Below, piece after piece: positions 1-9,809 of a stretch of 64,000 bases of DNA (positions within the stretch are counted from its first letter, which is position 1; every line of letters starts with the position of its first letter). The notes below the pieces were generated by a model that saw only the letters and a list, made by a program, of their open reading frames with translations, ran no database searches and had not been told where the DNA came from. Location of the stretch: positions 3,648,001 through 3,712,000 of the forward strand of contig OY843592.1 of the NCBI GenBank assembly GCA_963692865.2, written 5' to 3'. This stretch comes from a bacterium (GTDB lineage Bacteria; UBA8248). Both the position numbers and the translations under genes were made by a program.

Positions 1-57
1 TCCGAGCCAAGCAGAAAGATTCGCCGCCTTCACTATCGCCATGTCACTGAATCCCAT
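1..57 (-). CDS. 5' end of a gene running off the left edge (MGFSDMAIVKAANLSAWLG...), product unknown
   Basis: Minus-strand ATG at 57 preceded by a GGAGG RBS (64-68); frame open to the window edge. Confidence 0.55.
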   Translation of the reverse strand, partial: MGFSDMAIVKAANLSAWLG

Positions 58-253
58 GAAAAACCTCCGCTCCTTTCGGTTCCATTCCGAACCATGCGGG
101 AAACCGCTTTCCCGCGTCGCGCGCACGATACCGCAGGACGGGGTTTCGGGAGGAATAGGAATTGCGGGGAAATGCGTAGGTGAGGCTGTATGACGACGGG
201 AAACACTCCCCCCTTGAGGGAACTGTTGAAAAATCCTCCTGACAGGGTAAATG

Positions 254-400
254 CAACCCCCCCTACCCCCCCTTGTCAGGGGGGCAAGAAAGAGCAAAGT
301 CCCCCGACCCGGCGGGAGCGCATCGCTTTTTTTACCCCCCGACCCGGCGGGGGATATCGCCTTTTTTTACCCCCCTGACAAGGGGGGGTAGGGGGGGTTG
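254..400. repeat. REPIN-like inverted doublet, family 4 (CAACCCCCCCTACCCCCCCTTGTCAGGGGGG arms)
   Basis: ~30 bp inverted arms; near-identical copies at 515-828, 6072-6187, 9228-9357 and a partial copy near 32514. Confidence 0.85.
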
Positions 401-537
401 GTTTTCAGGCGGCGCGTGGGTGCGGTGCAGCAGCGGGAATTATATGTCAGACATATATGTCTGACCTACGGGTGAAAGCCCGATTGATGCGGGAGGATTC
501 CCTCATCGAAAGGCGACCCCCCTACCCCCCCCTTGAC

Positions 538-735
538 GGGGCTGTTGAAAAACCTATCCCTCTCGCATCAACCACGTTTTACCCGTAGGGGCCGCATAGT
601 ATGCGGCCCCTACGAAACCATCGCGCCTCCCGCAGACCAGACATATATGTCTGACCTGCCAACCTCTGGGAAACGAAACGTAGGGGCGGACCTGTGTGTC
701 CGCCCGACCCCGGAACAGGGTTTTTCAACAGCCCC
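538..735. mobile_element. MITE-like element with perfect 17-bp TIRs and 5-bp TSD, carrying GTAG-type REP hairpins
   Basis: GGGGCTGTTGAAAAACC (538-554) / GGTTTTTCAACAGCCCC (719-735); TTGAC on both sides (533-537, 736-740); splits a family-4 REP arm; interior palindromes at 584-614, 636-658 and 680-705. Confidence 0.85.
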
Positions 736-920
736 TTGACGGAGGGACAAGAAAAAACAAAACCCCACCACCCGGCGGGGTGACATCGCCTTTTTTTACC
801 CCCCTGACAAGGGGGGGTAGGGGGGTTGGTTCCGACGAGGGCCTTTTCACCAACCCCGATGAATGAGCGTTTGCGACCGAAGAGGGGGAGTTTGCCGGTT
901 TGCAAGGGCATGAAGCCTTC

Positions 921-990
921 GTAGGGGCGGCTCGCGAGCCGCCCGCGCTCTTTCGAAATTGTCGTCATTCCGGCGCATGCCGGAATCCAG
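921..990. repeat. GTAG-type REP (921-944) plus CGTCATTCCGGC...GCCGGAATCCAG-type REP (963-990)
   Basis: GTAGGGGCGGCTCGCGAGCCGCCC hairpin, similar to 51178-51201; the second motif recurs at 28969-29113. Confidence 0.8.
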
Positions 991-1130
991 AATCCCGACC
1001 GAAGTAGGATTACGTTTTCAGGATGCTCTTTCCTTTCGGAACGGAATGCGGAATAATCGGCGAAACTACCCGATGAGCCGGTTCCTCCGGGGAGGGTCCG
1101 GCGGCGCGCCCGGAGTGCCAAGACCTGCTC

Positions 1131-3971
1131 ATGTCCACACCTCGAAACCGCGAAGAGGCGATCAATACCCAACTCGCCATTCTGATCTCCGGCCTCGGCG
1201 TAACCGCCGACGGCGAGACCATTCACGTTCACGGGAAGCACCGCCCGGACGTCATCTTTCAACTGCGCGGACTGCGCGTCGTCATCGAGGCCAAATTCGC
1301 GGATCACCCCAACTCCGAATCCGTCGTGCTGGAGGACGCGCGCAAGAGAGTAAGGGCAGGCATCGCCCACATCGCCGCTTCCGTCGTATATCCCGATACG
1401 CTGCGAACCACCCCCACGGCGAAAATCATCGAAGTCCTAGAAGGCTCGCGCCTCAAGTACAAGATAATCGCCGAAACATACGAAACCCCCGACTGGCACG
1501 AGGGCGATCCCGCTTCTTTGATGGACGCCCTGCGGCGCGCTCAGGCGACTCTCGCGGAGGACGACCTCGTCGAGAAGACCGCGAAATCCCTGTCCGAGAA
1601 GCTGGAAGTCATCGCCCACCAGTGGGTAGGGCAGCAAGGCGCGTGCGACAGGCTGTCGCGCATCCTCGGAATCATCCCGCCCAAGGGAGAGGAGCCGGAA
1701 CAGGCGCAGGCGCGCCGCGAAACCGCCGCCAAGGTCTCCGCGTTGGTTCTGGCCAACGCCTTCATTTTCCAGGAGCAGCTCGCAGCCGCCGACGAGCGGG
1801 TCGATCCGCTGCGCAAACTCGAAGGCGAAAAAGACATCCTCACCGAAACCGCGCGGCACTGGAAGTGGATATGGCAAAACATCAACTACGTGCCCATTTT
1901 CCAGATCGGGGAGAGCGTCCTTGACGAACTGCCGGCCAGCCGGCCCACGCTTCGGGCTGTTCGCTCCCTGCTCACCGAAGCCGGAGCGATATGCTCCCAA
2001 CAGGCCGCTTTGCGCCACGACCTCATGGGCCGCATCTACCACTGGCTACTTCATCACGGCAAATATCTTGGCACCTACTACACCTCGGTTTCATCCGCGA
2101 CGTTGCTTTTGAAGCTGACGCTCGCTGCCGATTGGAAACAGGATTTCGGCGACCCCCATGCGCTTGCCGGTTTCAAGGTGGGCGATCTGGCTTGTGGAAC
2201 CGGAACCCTGCTCATGGCTGCCGCGCAGTCCATTTCCGACGTGTACATCCGCGCGCGGGCCGAAACCGGGCGCTCTCTCGACCCGGTCGCGCTTCGCACG
2301 CTGCACGGCGCGCTCATGGAAAACGTCTTGTTCGGGTACGATGTTCTGCCCTCCGCCGTGCACCTGACCGCTTCGACCCTCGCCATGCTGGCTCCCGAGG
2401 TAGCCTTCCGAAACATGAACCTCTACGCCATGCCTTTGGGTTTCGATCATGGCGAGGCGAAACTCGGCAGTCTCGATTTCTTGATAACCAAGCGCGTCAA
2501 TACCCAGATGGCGCTCGACTATACGCACGTCGAAACGGTTCGAACCGGGGCCGCGCGGTCTCAGGTCGCCACCGCCGAAATCCCGGAGCTTCATCTTTGC
2601 GTCATGAACCCGCCGTTCGTTCGCAGCGTGGGCGGAAACCTGCTGTTCGGGTCGCTTCCCGGCGAACGTGGAAAACTTCAGGGCGAACTCAAGAAACGCG
2701 CGAAAAAGATCGACGCGAGTATCACCGCCGGTCTGGGAAGCGTATTCGTCGCCCTTGCGGACCGCTCGCTGGCCGAGGGCGGCAGGCTCGCTTTCGTCTT
2801 GCCCGCCGCGCTCGCTTCTGGGGAAGCATGGGCCGAAACCCGGAAACTCATCGCCGGGCGCTATCATCTGGAAACCGTCGTGGCGAGTCATGACGCGAAC
2901 CGTCCGAATTTCTCTGAAAACACGAGCCTCTCGGAGGTTCTTTTCATCGCCCGCAAACTTGGGGGAGAGGAAAAACCGGGATCAACGAAATACGTCAACC
3001 TCTGGCGCAACCCGCGTTCGATCCATGAGGCGCTCGACCTTGCCAACCGGATCGTCAACGCCTCCGACGCCGTTTCGGTCGAAGGAGAGGGAATGACCTC
3101 GTTCGGTTCTTCCGCCATGAAGTTCGGCGAAATAGTCCATGCCCCGCCCAGAAAAGAAACCGGGAACTGGACGGGCGCGCTCTTCGCCCAGACCGACCTG
3201 TTTCGCATCTTCAGGAAACTACAAAACGGCCAGCTCCATCTGCCGGGCGAAAAAACCACCGCTCTTCCTCTGTGTAGCTTGGATGAACTTGGCGATCTCG
3301 GTCCCGATCGTAAACGGATTCATGAAGGGTTCAAGGTTTCTAAGGACGATTGGTCTCCTTATCCCGGCTTTTGGGGACATCGATCCGATAGCGTGACCAC
3401 GATTGCGCAATCCCCGAATTGCCGTCTGCTGGTATGGACCGATTCTCCGCGAGGTCCCGAATATGGTCCGCATCTCTGGAAACGCGCTGGTTCCATCCTT
3501 CTCGCCGAACGCTTATGGTCAATCACGCACCGCGTACTCGCCGTCGGCTTTGAAAACGAAGTATTGGGGAACACTTGGTGGGCCTTTAAGACAAACGAAT
3601 TGACGCAAGAGCAGAGAAAGGCGATTCTCTTGTGGCTCAACGGCTCCTTGTCCTTGCTGTTCTTCTACGGTCGCCGTGTCGTTACGCGAAGCGCATGGAT
3701 GCAGATGAAACAGCCTGCATGGGCCTCGATGCCCGTTCTCAATGTCCGCTCCTTGAACGAAACCCCGTTGAACGCCTTGGCCGCTGCTTATGAGGAACTC
3801 GGAAAAGAGAAACTCGCGCCGCTGGCGCGACTGGACTCGGACGACGTTCGCATCCGGATTGACGCCGAAATCTCGAATGCGCTGGGGCTGGGGGACATCA
3901 AACCCGTCCGCGAACTCCTCGCGCGCGAACCCGGCTTGAGCGGAGAGGAGATAGGTGGCCAACCCGTCTAG
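1131..3971 (+). CDS. Type IIG/IIC fused restriction endonuclease-N6-adenine methyltransferase
   Basis: 946 aa; N-terminal PD...EAK nuclease motif (HRPDVI...VIEAKF), SAM-binding motif I (GDLACGTG), catalytic motif IV (MNPPF), motif VIII-like NFSENT, C-terminal putative target-recognition region. Confidence 0.85.
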   Translation: MSTPRNREEAINTQLAILISGLGVTADGETIHVHGKHRPDVIFQLRGLRVVIEAKFADHPNSESVVLEDARKRVRAGIAHIAASVVYPDTLRTTPTAKIIEVLEGSRLKYKIIAETYETPDWHEGDPASLMDALRRAQATLAEDDLVEKTAKSLSEKLEVIAHQWVGQQGACDRLSRILGIIPPKGEEPEQAQARRETAAKVSALVLANAFIFQEQLAAADERVDPLRKLEGEKDILTETARHWKWIWQNINYVPIFQIGESVLDELPASRPTLRAVRSLLTEAGAICSQQAALRHDLMGRIYHWLLHHGKYLGTYYTSVSSATLLLKLTLAADWKQDFGDPHALAGFKVGDLACGTGTLLMAAAQSISDVYIRARAETGRSLDPVALRTLHGALMENVLFGYDVLPSAVHLTASTLAMLAPEVAFRNMNLYAMPLGFDHGEAKLGSLDFLITKRVNTQMALDYTHVETVRTGAARSQVATAEIPELHLCVMNPPFVRSVGGNLLFGSLPGERGKLQGELKKRAKKIDASITAGLGSVFVALADRSLAEGGRLAFVLPAALASGEAWAETRKLIAGRYHLETVVASHDANRPNFSENTSLSEVLFIARKLGGEEKPGSTKYVNLWRNPRSIHEALDLANRIVNASDAVSVEGEGMTSFGSSAMKFGEIVHAPPRKETGNWTGALFAQTDLFRIFRKLQNGQLHLPGEKTTALPLCSLDELGDLGPDRKRIHEGFKVSKDDWSPYPGFWGHRSDSVTTIAQSPNCRLLVWTDSPRGPEYGPHLWKRAGSILLAERLWSITHRVLAVGFENEVLGNTWWAFKTNELTQEQRKAILLWLNGSLSLLFFYGRRVVTRSAWMQMKQPAWASMPVLNVRSLNETPLNALAAAYEELGKEKLAPLARLDSDDVRIRIDAEISNALGLGDIKPVRELLAREPGLSGEEIGGQPV

Positions 3972-4144
3972 TAAGACCGGGCTTGTAATAATACAGCAAT
4001 GAGAATCGTGGGGTGTTAATGAGGATGGCAGGAGTGTCTGCGTGGGGGCCGTCGTCCTTGGCGTTATGGATATGGCAAGGTGAGTTGTTCGGAGTTTGTC
4101 ATGCAGAGGAATAAAGAGTTGAACTTTTGCGAGGATAATCTGGC

Positions 4145-4600
4145 ATGAAAAGTATAGAGGCAATTGTGGCAACAGTGCTCATTGTCATAGCGATAATGAT
4201 AATGATTCTTGTTGGTTATACTTCAACTGAGCGTACCTTGACAGGAATCGAGGTAAGTATACTTCAAATTGTTGCGCTTCTGGCGAGTTTGGGAGGGTCA
4301 TATATTTTTGGCCAAAGAGCTTCAAAAGAGTCGATAAAAGAAAAAATAGGAACGCATGCGCGCTCCGCCTTCAGACGCCTAATTTCTTTATATGCTAGCA
4401 TATCTCGTCTGGCGATAATTATCGAATCAGATGAGCACGGTGATGATGGTTCCAAGTTAAAGGTAATTAAAGCTATTGTGGATGAACAAATTGGAACAGT
4501 AGATGATGCGCTGGAAGATTGGCGGGATCTTGTCCCAGAGTCTGTAGAAGAAATGAAAGAGAAACTGAGAAAATCAAAGCAAAGAGAGGCAATACAATGA
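4145..4600 (+). CDS. Hypothetical membrane protein (2 predicted TM helices, then a helical C-terminus)
   Basis: 151 aa, AT-rich, GAGG RBS; two hydrophobic N-terminal segments; ATGA overlap with the next gene. Confidence 0.7.
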   Translation: MKSIEAIVATVLIVIAIMIMILVGYTSTERTLTGIEVSILQIVALLASLGGSYIFGQRASKESIKEKIGTHARSAFRRLISLYASISRLAIIIESDEHGDDGSKLKVIKAIVDEQIGTVDDALEDWRDLVPESVEEMKEKLRKSKQREAIQ

Positions 4601-5046
4601 CCAATCTAATTCGTGGAAAGGTCGCACGGATTCTCAATGCGCGAGAGATCGCAATAAACGTCGGAAGCGATCACGGGGTATCGACAGGCATGTACTTTGA
4701 CGTAATGGATAAGAATTTTGAGGATATTAAAGATCCGGATACCCGCGAAATTTTAGGATCAATTTCGCGGTCAAAAGTTAGAGTGCGCATAACCAAAGTT
4801 AAGGAGAAACTATCTCTGGCCTCTACATATAAAACAAAGCAGAGAAATGTAGGTGGGTCTGGAATTTCTGCTGCTGCAATTGTAAGGGCATTTGCGTCGC
4901 CCAACTGGGTAACAAAACCGGAAACCCTGAAAAAAGACGAAAAGCCTTGGGAGGATCTAGAAGAAGAAGAAAGTTTCGTGAAAACCGGTGATCCTGTTGT
5001 TCAGGTCATCCCGGTTGAAGAAGAAGAACAAGAAGAGACCGTCTAA
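4597..5046 (+). CDS. Hypothetical protein, possibly a FlgT C-terminal-like beta-barrel
   Basis: Start ATG 4597 overlaps the upstream TGA; IAINVGSDHGVSTGMYFDV...IKDPDTREILGS...GDPV pattern resembles FlgT-C-like domains (from memory). Confidence 0.65.
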   Translation: MTNLIRGKVARILNAREIAINVGSDHGVSTGMYFDVMDKNFEDIKDPDTREILGSISRSKVRVRITKVKEKLSLASTYKTKQRNVGGSGISAAAIVRAFASPNWVTKPETLKKDEKPWEDLEEEESFVKTGDPVVQVIPVEEEEQEETV

Positions 5047-5087
5047 AAACTAGAACTACCCCCCAAAAGATGCTAGGTTCCAAGCTA

Positions 5088-5113
5088 GGGCGGACACACG
5101 GGTCCGCCCCTAC
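5088..5113 (-). repeat. GTAG-type REP in inverted orientation
   Basis: GGGCGGACACACGGGTCCGCCCCTAC is the reverse complement of the REP at 680-705 with one mismatch. Confidence 0.8.
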
Positions 5114-5151
5114 GACCCCTGCAATCCCTCCCTCCCCGATTGGGATTGACC

Positions 5152-5922
5152 TCACACAAACCTCCTCACCCCCGGAAACGCCTCCTTCCTTCTCAGGTCC
5201 GTCTCGTCGTGTCCGGCGAAGATGAGGTCGGGGGAGTCAGCGAGGTCCTTTACGGCTTCCAGGGCGCGCAGGGCGTCGTCCACGTGGACGTGGATGCCGG
5301 GCGGTATCATGGATTCGAGGCTCCGGTAGAGATAGGCCGCGTCCACGGCCAGCACCGCCCAGCCCCGCGCCGTGCGGAAGCGGACGATCTGGTGGCCCGG
5401 CGTGTGGCCGCCCGTCCAGTGGACATGCACGCCGTCCGCGACCTCCGCCTCCCCGTCCACCAGTTCCAGGCGGCCGGCCTCAAGGAGCTTCTCGGCTTCT
5501 TCCAGGTCGCCCAGGAAATGGTTGATGAAGTGGTATTCCGCCGCGTCGCTCCGCCAGAAATCGAGCTCGCGCCTCTGGAGATAAAAACGCGCGGAGGTGA
5601 ACAGCCTCGGCGAGGCGAAATGATCCCAGTGCAGGTGGCTCACGATCATCGTCTCGACCTGGGACGGCTTCAAGTCGAAATGCCGTAGCAATTCATGCTG
5701 CGGGCGGTAGTCGGCGTAGTCGGGGTTCCGCGCCTTCTGCGCATCCTCGCTGAAGCCGGTGTCGATAACGACCGGCGCGCCCCCGCCTTCGGGCGTCAGC
5801 GCCCAGAAGAAATAGGGCAGCGTGCGCGTCCTCCCCGATTCGCTGAGATACAAAAGCCAGGAGGCGTCGCACGCGCGCGAGCCCTGGCACAGGGCGTAGA
5901 GGTTGTAGGTCGTCTCGCTCAA
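5152..5922 (-). CDS. N-acyl-homoserine lactonase (AiiA/AttM-like) family metallo-hydrolase
   Basis: SHLHWDH metal motif, GGHTPGHQ, DAAY, GHD; TTG start at 5922 with an AAGGAGG RBS. Confidence 0.8.
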   Translation of the reverse strand: MSETTYNLYALCQGSRACDASWLLYLSESGRTRTLPYFFWALTPEGGGAPVVIDTGFSEDAQKARNPDYADYRPQHELLRHFDLKPSQVETMIVSHLHWDHFASPRLFTSARFYLQRRELDFWRSDAAEYHFINHFLGDLEEAEKLLEAGRLELVDGEAEVADGVHVHWTGGHTPGHQIVRFRTARGWAVLAVDAAYLYRSLESMIPPGIHVHVDDALRALEAVKDLADSPDLIFAGHDETDLRRKEAFPGVRRFV

Positions 5923-5955
5923 GGTGGATGCCTCCTTGTCGTCCCGCCCGGAAGG

Positions 5956-6247
5956 GGGATTGGTGAAAAACCTCACAGGTAGAGCGTGTTAAATTTCACT
6001 CATCCCTTGAGGGGGTTGTTGCCCCCCTGACAGGGTAAAGGCAACCCCCTTGAAAGGGAAACCCCGCAAAGGCAACCCCCCCTACCCCCCCTTAACAGGG
6101 GGGCAAGAAAAAGCAAAGCCTCCTCTATCCGGCAGGGGATGTCGCCTTTTTATACCCCCCTGACAAGGGGGGGTAGGGGGGGGTTGCTTTTCCATTCGAG
6201 AGAAGCGTCTCCTCTGCCCCTGAATATGTGTCATTTATAACAACCCC
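5956..6247. mobile_element. Degenerate TIR element containing a family-4 REPIN
   Basis: GGGATTGGTGAAAAACC left end, truncated second left end at 6012 after TTGAG, REPIN 6072-6187, right end TTTATAACAACCCC at 6247. Confidence 0.6.
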
Positions 6248-6382
6248 GAACCGCGGGCGCCCGGCGCATGCCGACCCGGCCCTTCGTTGTCCGATGGATG
6301 AGATTATGCCATTATCACCGAAGCGCAAAACGCAAGGCCCGGTATTCGATTCACGGAAAACCATTCCCGAAGGGCGCTCGTC

Positions 6383-8728
6383 TTGGACAACACCTTCATC
6401 ATCGTGTTCTGCCCGTTCGCAGCCGCCTTCGTCATCCCCTGGTTCGCAGAGCGCTTCCGCAAAAACGCCGCGTGGTTCGCCATGGCCGCGCCCCTCGTGA
6501 GCGCGTGGGCGCTCATCGGCCTCTACGGCGAATGGGCGGCGGGCGGGCGGCAGACCTTCACGCGCGCCGTCGCCTGGGTGCCCGCGGCGAACGTGGAAAT
6601 CTCCTTCATGGTGGACGGGCTGAGCCTCATGTGGGGCTTCCTCGTGGCGGGCATGGGCGCGCTCATCGTGCTGTATTCCCACTGGTATCTCCACGCGCAC
6701 GAGGCGCTGGGCCGCTACTACGGCTTCCTCATCGCGTTCATGGGCTCGATGCTGGGCGTCGTGTTCGCGGACCACCTGATATCGCTGTTCATCTTCTGGG
6801 AACTCACGAGCATTACCTCGTTCTTCCTCATCGGCTTCTGGTCGGACAGGGACGCCTCGAACTACGGCGCGACCAAGGCCATCCTCATCACGGGCAGCGG
6901 CGGTCTCGCCATGCTGGGGGGATTTTTGCTCCTGGGCGACGTGGCGGGCGAATGGCGGCTCTCCCAACTCGTGCTCATGCCGGACATCGCGAGCCGGTTG
7001 TCGCTCGGCGTATTCCTGCTCATCATCCTGGGCGCGGCCACCAAGAGCGCGCAGTGGCCCTTCCACATCTGGCTGCCGAACGCCATGGAAGCGCCCACGC
7101 CCATCAGCGCGTTCCTGCACTCGGCCACCATGGTGAAGGCGGGTATCTATCTCTTGTCGCGCTTCTACCCCATCCTGGGCGCGCACCCCGCCTGGGGCTA
7201 CGTCGTGACGGGCTTCGGCATGACGACGATGATAGCGGGGGGGATGCTCTCCCTGCGCGCCTATGACCTGAAAGCGATTCTGGCCTACGGCACCATCAGC
7301 CAGTTGGGCCTCATCGTCACCTTCCTGGGCTACGGCGGGAAGGGGGCGATCATCGGCGCGACGCTTCACCTCTACAACCACGCGGCGGCCAAGGCGGCGA
7401 TGTTCATGACGGTGGGCATCATCGACCACGAGGCGGGCACGCGCGACGTGCGGCTGCTGGGCAACCTGAAAAAACTCATGCCGAAGACGCACGTGCTGGC
7501 CGTCATCGCCGCGCTCAGCCTCATCGGCATACCGCCCATGGGCGGGTTCATCACCAAGGAGATGCTGTATGAGGTGAGTCTCCACCCCGGCGGCCCTGGA
7601 AACTGGAGCTGGTTCTGGCCGTATCTGACCGTATTCGCAGGGGTTTTCACGGCGCTCTATCACCTGAGGTTCCTGAGCGAGCCCTACTGGCAGGCGGCGG
7701 AAGGCGAAGCGCCCAAGCATCCCCACGACCCCCCTATAGGGATGCTGGCCGCGCCCGCGGTCCTGGTCGTCATGGCGCTCGCGTTCGGTCTCGCGCCGGG
7801 TCTGATAGAGAACGCCATCGTCGCGCCCGCCGCGGAGGCCACCCTGGGCGGCGGGGCGAAAGTGGAACTCCACCTCGCGCTCTGGCACGGGGTGAACCTG
7901 CCCTTGATCATGTCGGTCATCACGATGGCGCTGGGGCTGGCGCTCTACTTCGGCTTCGCGCACGTGAAGACGGTTCTCGACGCCTGCGCCCGCGCCTGGG
8001 GCAAGGCGCCCGCGCCCGACAGGGTATACAACGCATTCGTCGACTGGCTCAGGAACGGCACCTGGGAGATTCTGCTCCTCATCCAGGACGGGAATCTCAG
8101 GCGCTACATGCGCTACATGATGGTGCTGCCCGCCGCCGCCGCCCTCTACCTCGTCTGGCGGATGGACTGGGGGGCGAACGTCTTCCCCACGGGGTTCGCG
8201 GGCGCGTCGTTCCTGCTCGTCGTGATCGCGCTCATGATCATGGGCGCCGCTTTCGCCACCGCGCTGTTCAGGCGGAGAATCCCGGCGATTCTCGCCCTCG
8301 GCACGATGGGCTACGGCATCGCGGGGCTGTATCTGCTCCTGAAAGCCCCCGATCTGGCGCTCACCCAGATCATGGTCGAATCCGCCTCGGTCGTGCTCTT
8401 CCTGCTCGTGTTCTACTACCTGCCCGAACTCAAGCCCGTGCCTGTATCTGCGGCGAAGAAGATGCGCGACTGGGGGATCGCTATCGGTCTCGGCGTGTGC
8501 ACGACGCTCGTCATGGCCGCCGCCATGAACACGCACAAGTTCCGCACCATCGCGGACTACTTCATGCGCACGAGCAAGCCGGTGGCCGGCTTCAAGAACG
8601 TGGTGAACGCCATCATCGTCGATTACCGGGGCTACGACACGCTGGGCGAGATCACCGTGCTGGTCATCGCCGGCATCGCCGTCTACGCCCTCTTGCGGCT
8701 GGTGGGGGAGATGAAATGCGATCACTGA
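6383..8728 (+). CDS. mrpA: Mrp Na+/H+ antiporter subunit A
   Basis: 781 aa; [66 protein letters not shown] motifs. Confidence 0.95.
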   Translation: MDNTFIIVFCPFAAAFVIPWFAERFRKNAAWFAMAAPLVSAWALIGLYGEWAAGGRQTFTRAVAWVPAANVEISFMVDGLSLMWGFLVAGMGALIVLYSHWYLHAHEALGRYYGFLIAFMGSMLGVVFADHLISLFIFWELTSITSFFLIGFWSDRDASNYGATKAILITGSGGLAMLGGFLLLGDVAGEWRLSQLVLMPDIASRLSLGVFLLIILGAATKSAQWPFHIWLPNAMEAPTPISAFLHSATMVKAGIYLLSRFYPILGAHPAWGYVVTGFGMTTMIAGGMLSLRAYDLKAILAYGTISQLGLIVTFLGYGGKGAIIGATLHLYNHAAAKAAMFMTVGIIDHEAGTRDVRLLGNLKKLMPKTHVLAVIAALSLIGIPPMGGFITKEMLYEVSLHPGGPGNWSWFWPYLTVFAGVFTALYHLRFLSEPYWQAAEGEAPKHPHDPPIGMLAAPAVLVVMALAFGLAPGLIENAIVAPAAEATLGGGAKVELHLALWHGVNLPLIMSVITMALGLALYFGFAHVKTVLDACARAWGKAPAPDRVYNAFVDWLRNGTWEILLLIQDGNLRRYMRYMMVLPAAAALYLVWRMDWGANVFPTGFAGASFLLVVIALMIMGAAFATALFRRRIPAILALGTMGYGIAGLYLLLKAPDLALTQIMVESASVVLFLLVFYYLPELKPVPVSAAKKMRDWGIAIGLGVCTTLVMAAAMNTHKFRTIADYFMRTSKPVAGFKNVVNAIIVDYRGYDTLGEITVLVIAGIAVYALLRLVGEMKCDH

Positions 8729-9156
8729 TCCTGCGGACGATAGCGCCCGCCGTGCTGCACCTGACGCTGCTGTTCTCCATGTTCCTGCTCATCTACGGCC
8801 ACAACCAGCCGGGCGGCGGCTTCATCGCGGGGCTGATGACGTCGGTGGGCGTCGTGCTCCAGTGGGTGGCGGTGGACGCGGAGGAAGGCCGCAGGCGGTT
8901 CAACTGGCCGTATGAGGGGATATTCCTCGCGGGGCTTGCGCTCTCCACCCTCACGGGGGTGTGGGGCTACGTCAAGGGCGCGTATCTCAAGAGCTCGATA
9001 TACCGCTTCGAGGTGCCCTTCATCGGCGACGTGGAACTGTTCACCGCGTTCATCTTCGACGTGGGCGTATACGGCGTGGTGGTGGGCGTCGTGATGTGCA
9101 TCTTCACCAACCTCTGCGAGGAGGAGACGAAGGAGGTGGAGGCGGAGGGGGAATAG
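8716..9156 (+). CDS. mrpB: Mrp antiporter subunit B
   Basis: MRSLILRT... [19 protein letters not shown]; overlaps the mrpA stop. Confidence 0.92.
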   Translation: MRSLILRTIAPAVLHLTLLFSMFLLIYGHNQPGGGFIAGLMTSVGVVLQWVAVDAEEGRRRFNWPYEGIFLAGLALSTLTGVWGYVKGAYLKSSIYRFEVPFIGDVELFTAFIFDVGVYGVVVGVVMCIFTNLCEEETKEVEAEGE

Positions 9157-9177
9157 TCTAAGGGGAGATAGAAAAAA

Positions 9178-9365
9178 CACTTCCCCCTTGAGGGGGTTGT
9201 TGGAAAAGCCTTCTGACAGGGTAAAGGCAACCCCCCCTACCCCCCCTTGTCAGGGGGGTATAAAAAGGCGACGGCCCCTCGCCGGGTAGACGGGTAGACG
9301 GGTAGAGAGGCTTTGGCTCTTTCTTGCCCCCCTGACAAGGGGGGGTTGGGGGGGTTGGTTTTCAG
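9178..9365. repeat. Left TIR plus family-4 REPIN inserted inside the mrp operon
   Basis: CCCCCTTGAG|GGGGTTGTTGGAAAAGCC (9193-9210) then inverted arms 9228-9357; same composite as 201-400. Confidence 0.8.
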
Positions 9366-9458
9366 GGCAGGAGAATGACGAGCAGGGCGGGTTTTCCATC
9401 GGGCATTCCCCTCGGGATGCCCGACCCCGCAAGAGCGGAGCAACAAGGAGACGTTAAC

Positions 9459-9809
9459 GTGGTCTGGACACTGGCGATAATCATCGGCGCCCTGGTGACG
9501 GCGGCTTCCTACCTCATCATGCAGCGCCGGATCATCCAGGTGGTGCTCGGCATGGCGGTGCTCAGCCACGCCGCGAACCTGATGATCGTCGCCTCGGGCT
9601 GGGTGGGGGACGGAAAGGCGCCCATCGTCCCCAAGACCGGCGGCCCGCTCGACCCGTTCGCCTACGTCGACCCCCTGCCCCAGGCCATGGTGCTGACCGC
9701 CATCGTCATCAGCCTGGCCGTGACGGCGTTCCTGCTCGTGCTCGCGTTCTTCACGTACAAGAAGTTCGGCACCGACGACATCGACGAGATCAGGAGGCTC
9801 AAGGGATGA
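9459..9809 (+). CDS. mrpC: Mrp antiporter subunit C
   Basis: GTG start after AAGGAG; LSHAANL, DPLPQAMVLTAIVIS. Confidence 0.93.
   Translation: MVWTLAIIIGALVTAASYLIMQRRIIQVVLGMAVLSHAANLMIVASGWVGDGKAPIVPKTGGPLDPFAYVDPLPQAMVLTAIVISLAVTAFLLVLAFFTYKKFGTDDIDEIRRLKG

Larger units (their letters stand above)
219..857. mobile_element. Nested non-autonomous TIR element / REP mosaic (outer element)
   Basis: Left TIR-like GGAACTGTTGAAAAATCC at 219 and right TIR-like GGGCCTTTTCACCAACCCC ending at 857; contains C/G-run REPINs, GTAG-REPs and the inner TIR element 538-735; no TSD visible. Confidence 0.55.

Noticed and set aside
200-990. Possible CRISPR array in the repeat-rich spacers (also 25700-26180, 39300-39910)
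   Set aside because: Repeats are inverted doublets of several families with irregular spacing, not identical direct repeats with unique ~30-40 bp spacers; no cas genes
44-1130. Short ORFs in repeat regions (e.g. 190-378, 273-464, 533-739; also 32309-32870, 39498-39982)
   Set aside because: They translate REP/TIR sequence (PPTPPCQGG, VGAAYMRP peptides recur at each copy), lack an RBS and show no protein-family motifs
6125-8725. Long antisense and alternative-frame ORFs (e.g. 6125-8725, 10046-11701, 13639-15276, 33274-34830)
   Set aside because: Shadow ORFs caused by high GC3 of the real genes on the opposite strand or frame; no motifs
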